Assembly (NCBI GenBank): GCA_963719075.1
Contig: CAVRAN010000007.1
Span: 31,709 to 95,708, forward strand
From: an uncultured Verrucomicrobiae bacterium
GTDB lineage: Bacteria; Verrucomicrobiota; Verrucomicrobiia; Limisphaerales; UBA11358
Direction: 5' to 3'
DNA: 64,000 bases
The position numbers and the translations under genes are program-made. The notes under the pieces were generated by a model. That model worked only from the letters and a program-made list of their open reading frames with translations. It had not been told where the DNA came from and made no database searches. Positions 31,300-41,697 of this stretch are shown here, one piece after another. The first letter of the stretch is position 1, and each line of letters starts with the position of its first letter.

Positions 31300-32616
31300 T
31301 CACCTCAAATGATTCGCCGCATCGGCGAAGCCGGCGACGATTTCATCGCGCGACTTCAAGTTGCGGATGCGCACGTAGGATTCGCTTTCCATTTTGGCCG
31401 TGAACGCCGCCTTCAACTCCTGCGCGCGTTTGAATTGCTTGTCCGGCTTGGCGGGCGTGAGCGGATACTCGACGGCAAATCCGGCGGCGCGCAATTCCTG
31501 GATGAGTTTCAGCGACGGCGCGCGGAGGGTTTCGTCCTCGATCAAAACAAACACGTCCACGTGCGAGTCGAATTTCGGCAGCAGGCCGCGCGCCTTCAAA
31601 ATCTCCAGCAGCACCACGTCGCCCATGCCGAAGCCGAGCGCGGGCAAATTTACCTTGCCGCCGCTGATGAGCTTGACGAGGTTGTCGTAGCGTCCGCCGC
31701 CCGCGATGGCGCGGAACTCGCCCTTCGCGTCAAACGCCTCGAACACGACGCCGGTGTAATACGCGAGGCCGCGGATGACGCGGTAATCAATCTTGACGAA
31801 ACTGCCGAGGCCGCGTGCGGCGAGGTTTTTCAAAATGTTTTCCAGTTCCGCCGTCGGCTGGCCGGATTCGATGAATTGGTTCACGTCCGCGATGGAAAAT
31901 CCGAGCGCAGATAATTTTTTCTCGGATTCTTCCTTTGGCGTCCGTTCGAGTTTGTCAATGATCTGGAAAAAATTGTATTCGCTCGCGGAGTCGTTTTGGG
32001 TAGCACGCGCGCCTCGCGTCGCAGATTCGGTCGGCGAGGCGCCGACCGATGCGCCCGAGGCGGGCGCGCTCCCCATTTTTGTTTTATAAAATTCCTGCCA
32101 CGCATTGCGGCTGCTCAAGCGGATGACAAAATCCTGCTCGGTCAAACCAAACGCGCGCAACGTGTCAATGAGCAACGCGATCAATTCCGCGTCCGCCGCC
32201 GGATCGCTTTCGCCGATGATGTCGGCGTTGAATTGAAAATGTTCGCGCAGACGGCCTTTCTGCTGGCGTTCGTAGCGGAAGAGTTGCGGCAGCGCGAACC
32301 ACTTGATGGGTTTTTTGTAATTGCGTTCGTGCGCGGCGACCATGCGCGCGAGGGTAGGGGTCATTTCTGGACGAAGGGAAACGGCGCGTTCGCCTTTGTC
32401 CGTGAAGTTGTAGAGCTGCCCGACAATTTCCTCGCCGCTTTTGGTCGTAAAAAGTTCAAGCGGTTCAAGTGGCGGGCCGTCGTATTCGCGAAAGTTGTAA
32501 CGCTTGGCGGTTTCGCGCCATTTGTCAAAAATGAACTGGCGCGCGTCGGCGCTCCAAGTGTCGGCGTGCGGGAGCGGTTCGGGATAAAAATCTCTAAATC
32601 CGGGCAATCGTTCCAT
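31300..32616 (-). CDS. hisS: Histidine--tRNA ligase
   Basis: LPGFRDFYP, LRPEMT, FRYERQQKGRLREH, RGLAYYTG, GGGRYD, GFGMG. Confidence 0.93.
   Translation of the reverse strand: MERLPGFRDFYPEPLPHADTWSADARQFIFDKWRETAKRYNFREYDGPPLEPLELFTTKSGEEIVGQLYNFTDKGERAVSLRPEMTPTLARMVAAHERNYKKPIKWFALPQLFRYERQQKGRLREHFQFNADIIGESDPAADAELIALLIDTLRAFGLTEQDFVIRLSSRNAWQEFYKTKMGSAPASGASVGASPTESATRGARATQNDSASEYNFFQIIDKLERTPKEESEKKLSALGFSIADVNQFIESGQPTAELENILKNLAARGLGSFVKIDYRVIRGLAYYTGVVFEAFDAKGEFRAIAGGGRYDNLVKLISGGKVNLPALGFGMGDVVLLEILKARGLLPKFDSHVDVFVLIEDETLRAPSLKLIQELRAAGFAVEYPLTPAKPDKQFKRAQELKAAFTAKMESESYVRIRNLKSRDEIVAGFADAANHLR
31998..32074. repeat. GC-rich palindromic (REP-like) element inside hisS
   Basis: Perfect inner hairpin TCGGTCGGCG-AGG-CGCCGACCGA nested in an imperfect outer inverted repeat. 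Confidence 0.75.
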
Positions 32617-32657
32617 GCGTTGAAACTAATTTGCCCGCACCAAAAAGAGAAGGCTAA

Positions 32658-32957
32658 TCAGTTTTTCGGGGTAAGCTTCAAAACTTCCGCGCGCATTTCT
32701 TTGCCGGCCTTGAACTTCACCATGGCGCGGGCGGGAATGGGCACGTCCGTTTCGGGCGCGTTGGGATTTCTGCCGACGCGCGCCTTGCGGATTTTCACTT
32801 CGAAGACGCCGAAGTTGCGCAGTTCCACCTTGTCGCCTTTGGCCAGCGCCTCGGCGATATAATCCAATGATTTCTGCACCACGTCCAATACCTGTTGCTG
32901 GACAAGCCCGGTTTCATTGCTGATCCGCATGACCAAATCACGTTTTGTGAGAGTCAT
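32658..32957 (-). CDS. HU/IHF family DNA-binding protein
   Basis: LTKRDL, VELRNFGVF, GRNP, VKFKAGK. Confidence 0.93.
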   Translation of the reverse strand: MTLTKRDLVMRISNETGLVQQQVLDVVQKSLDYIAEALAKGDKVELRNFGVFEVKIRKARVGRNPNAPETDVPIPARAMVKFKAGKEMRAEVLKLTPKN

Positions 32958-33130
32958 AATTTTCCTGGGTTGATTTTAAATCATTAAACGGCGGAAAAAT
33001 CGCCTGTTAATTTTTCCGACGTTTACCATAGGTATTATTTTAACTTAACTTAACCATGTCAACGATATTGAATAAACATTTTTGGCGCCACGGTTGAGTT
33101 TTAATTGAATGTCTGATAGCCTTCCCGCCT

Positions 33131-33691
33131 ATGTCAATCGACGATATTTTACTGGAAGCAGAAGAAAAGATGATCAAGACCGAGCAGGTGGTCGTGAATG
33201 AATTCGCCGGCGTGCGTACCGGCAAGGCGTCGGCGTCCCTCGTCGAAAACATCATGGTGGAGGTTTACGGCTCGCAAATGCGCATCCGCGAACTCGCCGG
33301 CATCACCACGCCCGAGCCGCGACTGCTCGTCATCCAGCCGTGGGACGTGACCTCCGTTCAACACATTGAAAAGGCGATTCAAAAATCAAATCTCGGGCTG
33401 TCACCGGCGGTCCAGGGAAAGGTCATCCGCCTCGCGTTTCCCGAATTGAGCACGGAGCGGCGGCAGGAATTTGTGAAGATCGTCAAGAAAATGTCCGAAG
33501 ACGGTCGCGTGGCCATCCGCCATGTGCGACGCGATGCGATTGAACTTTTGAAAAAGGAGAAAACTTCGGGCGGCGTCGGCGAAGAAGAAACTGAACACGC
33601 CGAAAAGGAAATTCAAAAACTAACCGACCAATACATCGCGAAAATTGACGGCCACGTCGTTCACAAGGAAAAAGAAATCATGACGGTGTGA
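33131..33691 (+). CDS. frr: Ribosome recycling factor
   Basis: RTGKAS, IQPWD, LSTERR, AIRHVRRD, IQKLTD. Confidence 0.96.
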   Translation: MSIDDILLEAEEKMIKTEQVVVNEFAGVRTGKASASLVENIMVEVYGSQMRIRELAGITTPEPRLLVIQPWDVTSVQHIEKAIQKSNLGLSPAVQGKVIRLAFPELSTERRQEFVKIVKKMSEDGRVAIRHVRRDAIELLKKEKTSGGVGEEETEHAEKEIQKLTDQYIAKIDGHVVHKEKEIMTV

Positions 33692-33764
33692 CCGGTCTTG
33701 TTTGAATTCACTTTACTCATTACGACTGTTCGCTATTCTGCCTTCTCTTTTTTAGGAAAATTTT

Positions 33765-35018
33765 ATGGCAAAACTCACAGTTCGAAATTTGGAGGTGCGC
33801 GGCAAGCGTGTTTTTATGCGCGTGGATTACAATGTGCCGTTGGAGGAAAAGGACGGCAAAATGGTTATCACCGACGCGACGCGCATCGTTGAGACTTTGC
33901 CGACGCTGAAATTTTTAATCGAAAAGGGCGGTAAACTGATTTTGACCGCGCACCTCGGTCGTCCCAAGGGCGAGCGCGAAGCCACCATGTCGCTCGCGCC
34001 GGTCGCGGTCAAATTGTCCGAACTGCTCGGCAAGCCCGTCGGCTTCGTGGACGATTGCATCGGCGAAAAAGTTGAGAAGGCTGTCGCCGCGATGAAAGAC
34101 GGGGACGTGGTGTTGCTTGAAAATGTCCGTTACTACAACGAAGAGGAAAAAAACGATCCGGTGTTCGCAGAAAAACTGGCGAAGGTAGCGGATGTTTATG
34201 TGAACGACGCGTTTGGCGCGGCGCATCGGGCTCACGCTTCGACGGAGGGCGTCGCGCGTGTCGTGACGAAACGCGGCGGAAAAGCTGCTGCTGGTTTGTT
34301 AATGGAGCGTGAATTGAAATTTCTCGGTGATGAACTGGAAAATCCGGCGCGTCCGTTCGTCGTCATTCTCGGCGGTGCGAAGGTTTCCGATAAAATCAAG
34401 GTCATTGACCGTTTGCTCGAAAAGGCGGACACAATTTTAATCGGCGGTGCGATGGCCTACACTTTCAAACTCGCACACGGCGAAAAGACTGGTAAATCCC
34501 TCGTCGAGCCTGATCACAAACAAACGGCTTTGGATGCTGAAACCAAAGCGAAACAACGCAAAGTAAATTTTCAATTGCCAACGGACATTGTTGTCGCGAC
34601 TCCGGTTGACACGGGTAAGTTGAACAAAAAGGGCAAGCCGGTTTTTGATTTTGTAAATGTTCGCACCGTGAAAGGCGACATTCCTGACGAAGCGGAAGGT
34701 TTTGGCATTGGTGAAGAGACCGCAAAGAACTACGCAAAAATCATTAGCAGTGCCAAAACAATTTTGTGGAACGGCCCGATGGGAATGTTTGAGGACGCAC
34801 GTTTTGCCGTCGGCACAAACATCGTCGCGCAAGCCGTGGCCGATGCGACACAAAAAAACGGCGCAAAAAGCATCATTGGCGGCGGTGACAGTGTGAAGGC
34901 GTTGAATAAAGCCAAGCTCGGCGATAAGGTCACATTCATGAGCACTGGCGGCGGCGCAAGCCTGGAATTTTTGGAAGGCGCGGTTTTGCCCGGTGTGGCG
35001 GCACTTTCGGATAAATAA
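33765..35018 (+). CDS. pgk: Phosphoglycerate kinase
   Basis: RVDYNVP, HLGRP, NDAFGAAHRAHAS, WNGPMG, STGGGASLE. Confidence 0.97.
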   Translation: MAKLTVRNLEVRGKRVFMRVDYNVPLEEKDGKMVITDATRIVETLPTLKFLIEKGGKLILTAHLGRPKGEREATMSLAPVAVKLSELLGKPVGFVDDCIGEKVEKAVAAMKDGDVVLLENVRYYNEEEKNDPVFAEKLAKVADVYVNDAFGAAHRAHASTEGVARVVTKRGGKAAAGLLMERELKFLGDELENPARPFVVILGGAKVSDKIKVIDRLLEKADTILIGGAMAYTFKLAHGEKTGKSLVEPDHKQTALDAETKAKQRKVNFQLPTDIVVATPVDTGKLNKKGKPVFDFVNVRTVKGDIPDEAEGFGIGEETAKNYAKIISSAKTILWNGPMGMFEDARFAVGTNIVAQAVADATQKNGAKSIIGGGDSVKALNKAKLGDKVTFMSTGGGASLEFLEGAVLPGVAALSDK

Positions 35019-35024
35019 TTTTGC

Positions 35025-35792
35025 ATGAACAAAGAACGTAAATTGATTATTGCCGGCAACTGGAAGATGAACAAGACCGTTGCCGAGGCGCTGGCTTTGG
35101 TCAACGATCTCAAGCTCGAACTCGCGAACATAAGGGAAGTGGACATTGTCATTTGCCCGCCGTTTACTGCGCTGGAATCGGTTTCAAAGGCGGTGATTGA
35201 CGATTCAAACATCCGGCTCGGCGCGCAAAACATGAGCGAAAATAATTTTGGCGCGTTCACCGGTGAAATTTGCGCCGGAATGTTGAAGGAATTTTCCGTG
35301 CGCTATGTCATTCTTGGCCATTCGGAACGGCGGCAATATCAAAAGGAATCCGACGCGCTCGTTGCCAAAAAAGCCGCGGCAGCGCACGCGGCGTCGCTCA
35401 AGCCGATTGTTTGTGTTGGCGAAACGCTGGCCGAACGTGAGGCGAAACAAACTGAGAAAGTTTTGGAAACTCAGGTGCGTGGGAGCCTCGCCGCTTTGAT
35501 GAAAGAGCAAATGGTTGAGACCGTCATCGCTTACGAACCGGTTTGGGCGATCGGCACCGGCAAAACGGCGACGACGAAGCAGGCGCAGGATACGCACGCG
35601 TTTATCCGCGATTTGGTGGCACAAATATTCGGTGAAACCGTTGCCAAAAAAGTCCGCATTCAATACGGCGGCAGCGTGAAGCCGGCAAATGCGTGCGAGT
35701 TGATGAGCCAGCCGGACGTGGACGGTGCGCTCGTTGGCGGAGCTTCACTGGAAGCGCGGAGTTTCAGCGACATCGTTAAAAATTCGATTTAG
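35025..35792 (+). CDS. tpiA: Triosephosphate isomerase
   Basis: AGNWKMN, GHSERR, AYEPVWAIGTG, YGGSV, LVGGASL. Confidence 0.97.
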   Translation: MNKERKLIIAGNWKMNKTVAEALALVNDLKLELANIREVDIVICPPFTALESVSKAVIDDSNIRLGAQNMSENNFGAFTGEICAGMLKEFSVRYVILGHSERRQYQKESDALVAKKAAAAHAASLKPIVCVGETLAEREAKQTEKVLETQVRGSLAALMKEQMVETVIAYEPVWAIGTGKTATTKQAQDTHAFIRDLVAQIFGETVAKKVRIQYGGSVKPANACELMSQPDVDGALVGGASLEARSFSDIVKNSI

Positions 35793-35800
35793 AAAACAAT

Positions 35801-36226
35801 ATGACTTTTATCATTGGTATTTTGACGGTTTTAATGGTGTTGAATGCTTTGTTGTTGATTTTGCTGGTGCTGATTCAATTGCCAAAAAAAGACGCCGGTG
35901 CCGGCCTGGCTTTTGGTGGCGGTGCGGCAGACGCGCTGTTCGGCGCGGGTTCGGGTAACGCGCTGACGAAAATCACAAAATATGCGGCCGGCATTTTCTT
36001 CGTGTTCGCGATCTTTCTCGGTCATTTGCAAAGCAGCCTGCATCACACAAATTCGTCCGAGTTCGAGAAAAAAGTTCAACAGCAGCAAGAATCACCGCAA
36101 ACTCCGTTGGCTGCGCCCGCACAACCGGAGTCAACGGTTTCAATTCCGGCCACAACCACAACGCAAACAAATCTCTTGGCAGTCCCATTACAACCAGCGA
36201 CGAATTCGTCGGCGCAATCAAAGTAA
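35801..36226 (+). CDS. secG: Preprotein translocase subunit SecG
   Basis: Two TM segments, VLIQ..K..G.G..FGG, LTKIT; follows tpiA. Confidence 0.9.
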   Translation: MTFIIGILTVLMVLNALLLILLVLIQLPKKDAGAGLAFGGGAADALFGAGSGNALTKITKYAAGIFFVFAIFLGHLQSSLHHTNSSEFEKKVQQQQESPQTPLAAPAQPESTVSIPATTTTQTNLLAVPLQPATNSSAQSK

Positions 36227-36235
36227 AATTTCCCG

Positions 36236-37870
36236 ATGGATTTTTTGAAGCGCGCCCGAAGAAATTTTCTGCGGGCACGTTTTGTTTTGTGCCTCGCCGC
36301 TTGCGTTTTTATTTCCGGCTGCATCCGGCGCGATCCACCCGCTGACGTGACCATCATCAACAACGCCGAGCCGGAATCGCTCGACCCGGCCATCATCACC
36401 GGCCAGCCGGAATTCCGCATCGTCATCGGTTTGTTTGAAGGTTTGACGCGGCTTGATCCAAAAACCGCGCGCGCGATTCCCGGCCTCGCGCAAAGCTGGG
36501 AAATTTCGCCGGACGGGAAAATTTACACGTTTCATTTGCGGACGAATCTGGTCTGGTCAACGGGCGAACCGATCCGCGCGGACGACGTTGTTTATTCATG
36601 GATTCGTTCGTTGAGTCCGGCGACGGCTTCGGATTACGCCGGGCAGCTTTATTATTTGAAAAACGGCGAAGATTTTAACACGGGCAAAATCAAAGACCCT
36701 TCGCTCGTCGGCGTTCATGCAATTGACCCGTTCACCGTTCAAGTGGAACTGAATCATCCCACGACTTTTTTTCTCGATTTGATCACCGCGCCGATTTTTT
36801 CCGTGGTGCCGCGCTGGACGATTGAAAAATACGGCGACCGCTGGCTGGCGGCGCGGCCATTGCCGAGCAGCGGCCCTTACGAACTCGCCGAGTGGCGGCT
36901 CAACGACAAAGTCCGCCTAAAAAAAAATCCGCGCTACTGGGACGCGGCAAATACGCAGTCGGAAATCATTGACCTGTTGCCCATCGGCTCGGCCAACGCG
37001 GCGCTGAACCTTTACGAACACGGACAAGCGGACGTTGTTTGGGACAAGGAATTGATTCCGTCCGAACTGCTCGACGTTCTGCTCAAGCGCGCGGATTTTC
37101 ACACGTTCAATTATCTCGGCAGCTATTTCATCCGATTCAACGTGACAAAAAAACCGTTCGACGACCCGCGCGTCCGCCGTGCGTTGTCGCTGGCGATTGA
37201 CCGCGACCGCATCGTAAAAAAAATCACGAGGGCAGGGGAACAGCCCGCGTTTCACCTCGTGCCAAATGGAACGGCCAATTATCTTCCGCCCGAAGATGAC
37301 AGCTACAATCCCAAACTCGCGCGCAAACTTCTGGCCGACGCCGGCTATCCCGGCGGGAAAAATTTCCCGCGCTTTGAATATACGTTCAACGCGCCCGCCG
37401 GTGGCGGTGGAAAAATCCATGAAAACATCGCGATCGAATTACAGCAGATGTGGCGCGACGAACTCGGCATCCAGATGGATTTGCGCCAGCTTGAGTGGAC
37501 GGTTTATTTGAGTTCGATGGATCATCTGGATTACAAGCTTACGCGGTCAAGCTGGATCGGCGACTACAACGACCCGCAGACTTTTCTCGGAATGTTCACG
37601 AGCAACGACGGCAACAACCGCACTGGCTGGAAAAATCCGCAATACGATTCGCTCATCGAACAGGCGAACGAACAAACCGATTTGCAAACGCGTGAAAAAC
37701 TGTTTCAACAGGCGGAAACGCTTTTGACCCGCGACGAAATGCCCATCATTCCGCTTTATTTTTACGTCGGCATCAATTATTTCGACCCGAACCAAATCAC
37801 GGGCATTTACGAAAATATTTTGGACGACCATCCGTTGAATTACATAAAAAAGATCAAGCCGAATAAATAA
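36236..37870 (+). CDS. oppA: Peptide ABC transporter substrate-binding lipoprotein
   Basis: Lipobox ISGC, EPESLDP, LFEGL, YTFHLR, WIGDY. Confidence 0.9.
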   Translation: MDFLKRARRNFLRARFVLCLAACVFISGCIRRDPPADVTIINNAEPESLDPAIITGQPEFRIVIGLFEGLTRLDPKTARAIPGLAQSWEISPDGKIYTFHLRTNLVWSTGEPIRADDVVYSWIRSLSPATASDYAGQLYYLKNGEDFNTGKIKDPSLVGVHAIDPFTVQVELNHPTTFFLDLITAPIFSVVPRWTIEKYGDRWLAARPLPSSGPYELAEWRLNDKVRLKKNPRYWDAANTQSEIIDLLPIGSANAALNLYEHGQADVVWDKELIPSELLDVLLKRADFHTFNYLGSYFIRFNVTKKPFDDPRVRRALSLAIDRDRIVKKITRAGEQPAFHLVPNGTANYLPPEDDSYNPKLARKLLADAGYPGGKNFPRFEYTFNAPAGGGGKIHENIAIELQQMWRDELGIQMDLRQLEWTVYLSSMDHLDYKLTRSSWIGDYNDPQTFLGMFTSNDGNNRTGWKNPQYDSLIEQANEQTDLQTREKLFQQAETLLTRDEMPIIPLYFYVGINYFDPNQITGIYENILDDHPLNYIKKIKPNK

Positions 37871-37871
37871 A

Positions 37872-38819
37872 ATGTATTTCCTCAAACGCCTGGCATTTTC
37901 GGTTCCGCTGCTGATCATCATCAGCGCGCTGGCGTTTTTGCTCGTGCATCTCGCGCCCGGCGGCCCGTTCGACCGCGAACGTGCGCCCGCGTCGCCGGAA
38001 ATCGAGCGGAACCTGATGGCGACCTATCATCTGGACGAGCCGGTTTGGAAACAATACCTGCGCTACTTTGGCCTGGTCTGGGAAAAAGACGCCAGCGGCA
38101 ACTGGCATCACGCGCCCGCGAGCTTCGATGTCTCCTACAAATATCGCAACCACCGCGTCAGCGACATCATCGCGCAGGGTCTGCCGGTCTCAATGACGCT
38201 CGGCGCGCTCGCGTTCGGCTTCGCGATGGGCGTCGGCTTGCCGCTCGGATTTTTCACCGCCGCTCGACGCGGACGCTGGGAAGATTACGCTGGAAGTTTT
38301 CTGGCCGTCCTCGTCGTGTGTGTGCCGGGATTTGTCGTCGCACCGGTTTTGATTTTAGCTTTTTGCATCAAGTTAAATTTATTTCCCGTCGCGCTCTGGG
38401 AATCGCCGCTGCACATGATTTTGCCGACAGTTGCGCTCGGATTGTTTTTCGCCGGGAAAGTCGCGCGTCTCTTCCGCGAGGGAATGTTGAACGCGATGCA
38501 ATCCGAATTCGTCACCGCCGCGCGCGCGAAAGGCCTCGGCGAAAATCTCTTGCTGCTCAAGCACGCGGTCCGCACCGCCATCCTGCCCGTCGTTTCCTAT
38601 GCTGGCCCGATGCTGGCAGATTTGCTGACCGGCTCGTTCGTCATCGAAAACATTTTCCAAATTCCCGGCATCGGCGTTTTTTTTATCAACAGTTCCATCA
38701 ATTCCGATTACATGATGACCGTTGACCTCGCGTTGCTCTACGCGATTCTGCTTATCGGGCTGAATCTGATCGTGGATTTTTCCTACACGTTGCTCGACCC
38801 GCGCGTGAAATATGAGTGA
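37872..38819 (+). CDS. oppB: Peptide ABC transporter permease
   Basis: APGGPF, FVTAARAKGL, IENIFQIPGIG, LLDPR. Confidence 0.9.
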   Translation: MYFLKRLAFSVPLLIIISALAFLLVHLAPGGPFDRERAPASPEIERNLMATYHLDEPVWKQYLRYFGLVWEKDASGNWHHAPASFDVSYKYRNHRVSDIIAQGLPVSMTLGALAFGFAMGVGLPLGFFTAARRGRWEDYAGSFLAVLVVCVPGFVVAPVLILAFCIKLNLFPVALWESPLHMILPTVALGLFFAGKVARLFREGMLNAMQSEFVTAARAKGLGENLLLLKHAVRTAILPVVSYAGPMLADLLTGSFVIENIFQIPGIGVFFINSSINSDYMMTVDLALLYAILLIGLNLIVDFSYTLLDPRVKYE

Positions 38820-39759
38820 ACCAAAGCAACAAAATCTTTCGCCAAACCAACGTGCGTGGCGGCGGTTCAAAAAAAACCGCCCGGCGATTTTAAGCGCATG
38901 GTTTCTGGTTGTTTTGCTGATTGCAATTGTCGCGTGGCCAATTGTTTTGAAAATCAGCGGAACAAATTTCGCGCAATTGCATAATCCAAACCAATTGTCC
39001 GACGCGCAATTTTTACCGCCGGACGCGCAACATTGGTTCGGCACAGACGTCCACGGACGCGATATTTTCTCACGCGTGCTTTTCGGCGCGCAAATTTCGC
39101 TGCTCGTTGGCGTCGTCGGCACACTGGTCAGCCTGGTCATCGGAGTTTTGTGGGGCGCAATCGCCGGTTACGTCGGCGGAAAAACCGATGACATTTTGAT
39201 GCGCATCGTGGACGTTCTTTATTCTTTGCCTTCAATCATTTTTGTCATCGTTCTCATCACCACGCTCGGCGAATTGCTGAAGCGATCGGATTACGTCAAA
39301 AATTCTCCGACACTAGCGGGGGCATTGCAGGTCATTTTACTGTTCGTCGGCCTCGGCGCAGTTTCGTGGCTCACGATGGCGCGGATTGTTCGCGGACAGG
39401 TTTTGTCGCTGCGCACGCGCGCGTTCGTCGAAGCCAGCCGCGCGCTCGGCGCAAAACCGCATTGGATTCTCGCGCGCCACATCATCCCGAACATCTTCGG
39501 CGTCGTGATCACTTATCTCGCGCTCACGATGCCTGCGATCATTCTCTACGAATCATTTTTGAGCTACCTCGGTCTCGGCGTGCAGCCGCCAATGGCCAGT
39601 TGGGGCACGCTCATCGCGGAAGGCGTCGGGCAAATAAATCCAATTCGCGTCTATTGGTGGCTGATCGTTTTCCCCGGCGGCGTTTTGGTGACGACGTTGC
39701 TCGCACTGAATTTCCTCGGCGACGGCCTGCGCGACGCGTGGGATGTGAAAGCGAAATAA
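38812..39759 (+). CDS. oppC: Peptide ABC transporter permease
   Basis: HWFGTDVHGRD, ARIVRGQ, FVEASRALGA, GDGLRDA. Confidence 0.9.
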   Translation: MSEPKQQNLSPNQRAWRRFKKNRPAILSAWFLVVLLIAIVAWPIVLKISGTNFAQLHNPNQLSDAQFLPPDAQHWFGTDVHGRDIFSRVLFGAQISLLVGVVGTLVSLVIGVLWGAIAGYVGGKTDDILMRIVDVLYSLPSIIFVIVLITTLGELLKRSDYVKNSPTLAGALQVILLFVGLGAVSWLTMARIVRGQVLSLRTRAFVEASRALGAKPHWILARHIIPNIFGVVITYLALTMPAIILYESFLSYLGLGVQPPMASWGTLIAEGVGQINPIRVYWWLIVFPGGVLVTTLLALNFLGDGLRDAWDVKAK

Positions 39760-39762
39760 ATC

Positions 39763-39834
39763 AACAGAAGCGAACGCAGGAAACAAAGATTTTTTGCGAA
39801 CCAATTGTCTTCGTTGACTTCGTTATCTTTTGTT
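39763..39834. repeat. Imperfect inverted repeat with internal 9-nt periodicity (REP-like)
   Basis: Left arm AACAGAAGCGAACGCAGGAAACAAAGA; right arm TCTTCGTTGACTTCGTTATCTTTTGTT; 20/27 complementary. Confidence 0.6.
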
Positions 39835-41598
39835 CAATTCTTCAATCCGCCATTTCAAAAACGGCGAACAATGTTTCGTCGTCCCCTTGTTTCGCAACGG
39901 CCAATGCGCGATGAAATCTTTTTCCAACTCGCGCAATTTGCGAATGTTTTTTTGCGCCAACGATTTCGCCTGCGACTTTGTTCCGGCGACGGACTGTTGC
40001 CACAGCATGAATCGGCACGATTGCACCGCCATGCGCGCCGCCAGATCCAGTTCGCGCGCCAGAATTTTTCCTGATTCTAATTTTGGTTTTGCGCGCGCGA
40101 GAACTTTTCGTTGCTCTTCAATTTCTTTCAAGGCCGAAATAATTTTCGTCGCTGGAATTTTGGCGAACCATTTTAATCCGTTCCGGCAAAACAGTTCGCG
40201 GTCTTCCGGTTTCGGCGCGGCGATGACCGTGCCGAGCGGCGTTTCGTTCAACGCCTGCACGTCGAGCTTCTGATGCGCGAAACCTAGCTTGAATCCTGCT
40301 CGCGCGATCTTGCCGGTCGAATCTTCAAAAACATCGCGGCTCAAGACGGCGAGGAGATTTTGGTCGTCCAACGTTTTGGAATTCCACGCGAGCGCCGCGC
40401 CGGCGGCGAACAGCGGCCAGCTCACGGCCAACGGCTGTGGATGTCCGCCGTCGCCCCAATCGGTGTTGAGAAAGCCAATCGCGCCGAATTTCTTCCCGGC
40501 TTTGGCGGCGGCGCGAAGATTGGCGAGTGCGTTGTCGTGTTTGCCGATGAGCGTCTGCCATGTCGAAGTTCCCGGACAAACGTAAAATGGAATTTTAGCC
40601 TTGGCGAACTGAGCTGCTTCCTTTTCAAACGGATGATTGGCTTCGTAACCCCAAGTTAGAGCGATAACATTTTTCGGCAGCGCGCAAATCAGTTTCGGAT
40701 ATTTCAAAATGATGTCGCCCCAGAACATCATTTTTTTTTCGCGCGCAGAGACTTGGCGGCGGATTTTTTTTAGAAAATCCAGATAGACGCGGCCTTTGCC
40801 TCTGGCTTCGCAAAGTTTTTTACTCTGGCCTTTGCCCAAATCCCAAGTCTCATCGCAGCCGACGTTAAAAAACTTACTGGAAAAATTCGGCAGCAGTTCG
40901 TTATAAAGCCCACGCAAAAATGGAATCGTGCCGGGATTGTTTGGCGCGAGCGTGGTCGGACGACGGACATATTCGCCGTTTGCACATTCGTAAGGTTTGG
41001 AAACTTCAGCGAGTTTTTTCAGGCGTGGGTCGGCGAGAAAATAGCGCAGGTGGCCGAAGGAATTTTGGTTGGGCACGAGATCAATGCCGAGTTCGCGGCA
41101 GCGCGCGTCGAGGGTTTTAATTTCACTGGCGGTGAGCGCGCCCCAGCTTTGCCAGACGGATTTGTATTGCGTGTAGGCGAACGTGTGCTCGGTGTAAAGT
41201 TGCAGCTCGTTGATCTTAAGATCGGAAAGTTTTTCGGCGAGGTCGAGCAGGGTTTCCAGCTTCGGCACGCGACCACGCGAGATGTCGAGCATAACGCCGC
41301 GACGCGGAAAATCCGGCCAGTCGCGGATGCGCAGGCAGGGCAGGCGGCGACCGTATTCGCGCAGCAATTGCCGCAATGTCGCCGTGGCCGCACGCAGGCC
41401 GCCGGTTTCGCGGAAGGAAATTTCAATTCCAGTTTTGGAAATTGCCAGCGCGTAGCCTTCGGGGTGATTTGGCGCGGAATGGGTGCGGACGACTTTGATT
41501 GCGGCGAGCGGTTTCTGCTTCGGCAGCGTGAACGTGCCGCGAAGAATTTTCAGCGAGCGGGGGCAGGGCAGCAGGTTCGAGGCTTTGCGGTTCGGCAT
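39823..41598 (-). CDS. GH20-family beta-N-acetylhexosaminidase (no signal peptide)
   Basis: IRDWPDFPRRGVMLDISR, NSFGH, VGCDE catalytic pair, FWGD, TWGY. Confidence 0.85.
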   Translation of the reverse strand: MPNRKASNLLPCPRSLKILRGTFTLPKQKPLAAIKVVRTHSAPNHPEGYALAISKTGIEISFRETGGLRAATATLRQLLREYGRRLPCLRIRDWPDFPRRGVMLDISRGRVPKLETLLDLAEKLSDLKINELQLYTEHTFAYTQYKSVWQSWGALTASEIKTLDARCRELGIDLVPNQNSFGHLRYFLADPRLKKLAEVSKPYECANGEYVRRPTTLAPNNPGTIPFLRGLYNELLPNFSSKFFNVGCDETWDLGKGQSKKLCEARGKGRVYLDFLKKIRRQVSAREKKMMFWGDIILKYPKLICALPKNVIALTWGYEANHPFEKEAAQFAKAKIPFYVCPGTSTWQTLIGKHDNALANLRAAAKAGKKFGAIGFLNTDWGDGGHPQPLAVSWPLFAAGAALAWNSKTLDDQNLLAVLSRDVFEDSTGKIARAGFKLGFAHQKLDVQALNETPLGTVIAAPKPEDRELFCRNGLKWFAKIPATKIISALKEIEEQRKVLARAKPKLESGKILARELDLAARMAVQSCRFMLWQQSVAGTKSQAKSLAQKNIRKLRELEKDFIAHWPLRNKGTTKHCSPFLKWRIEELNKR

Positions 41599-41697
41599 CG
41601 ACCTTCAGTTAGCCATAGATCGAAGGCAGATTAAACCTGAAATTTCGCCCTCTTGGCGGCAGAGTGTCGTCAAGATGCGTTCCAACGGCTTCTGCGG

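Noticed and set aside
36236-39759. oppABC lacking ATPase genes
   Set aside because: Split ABC operons are common, and oppDF may lie elsewhere.
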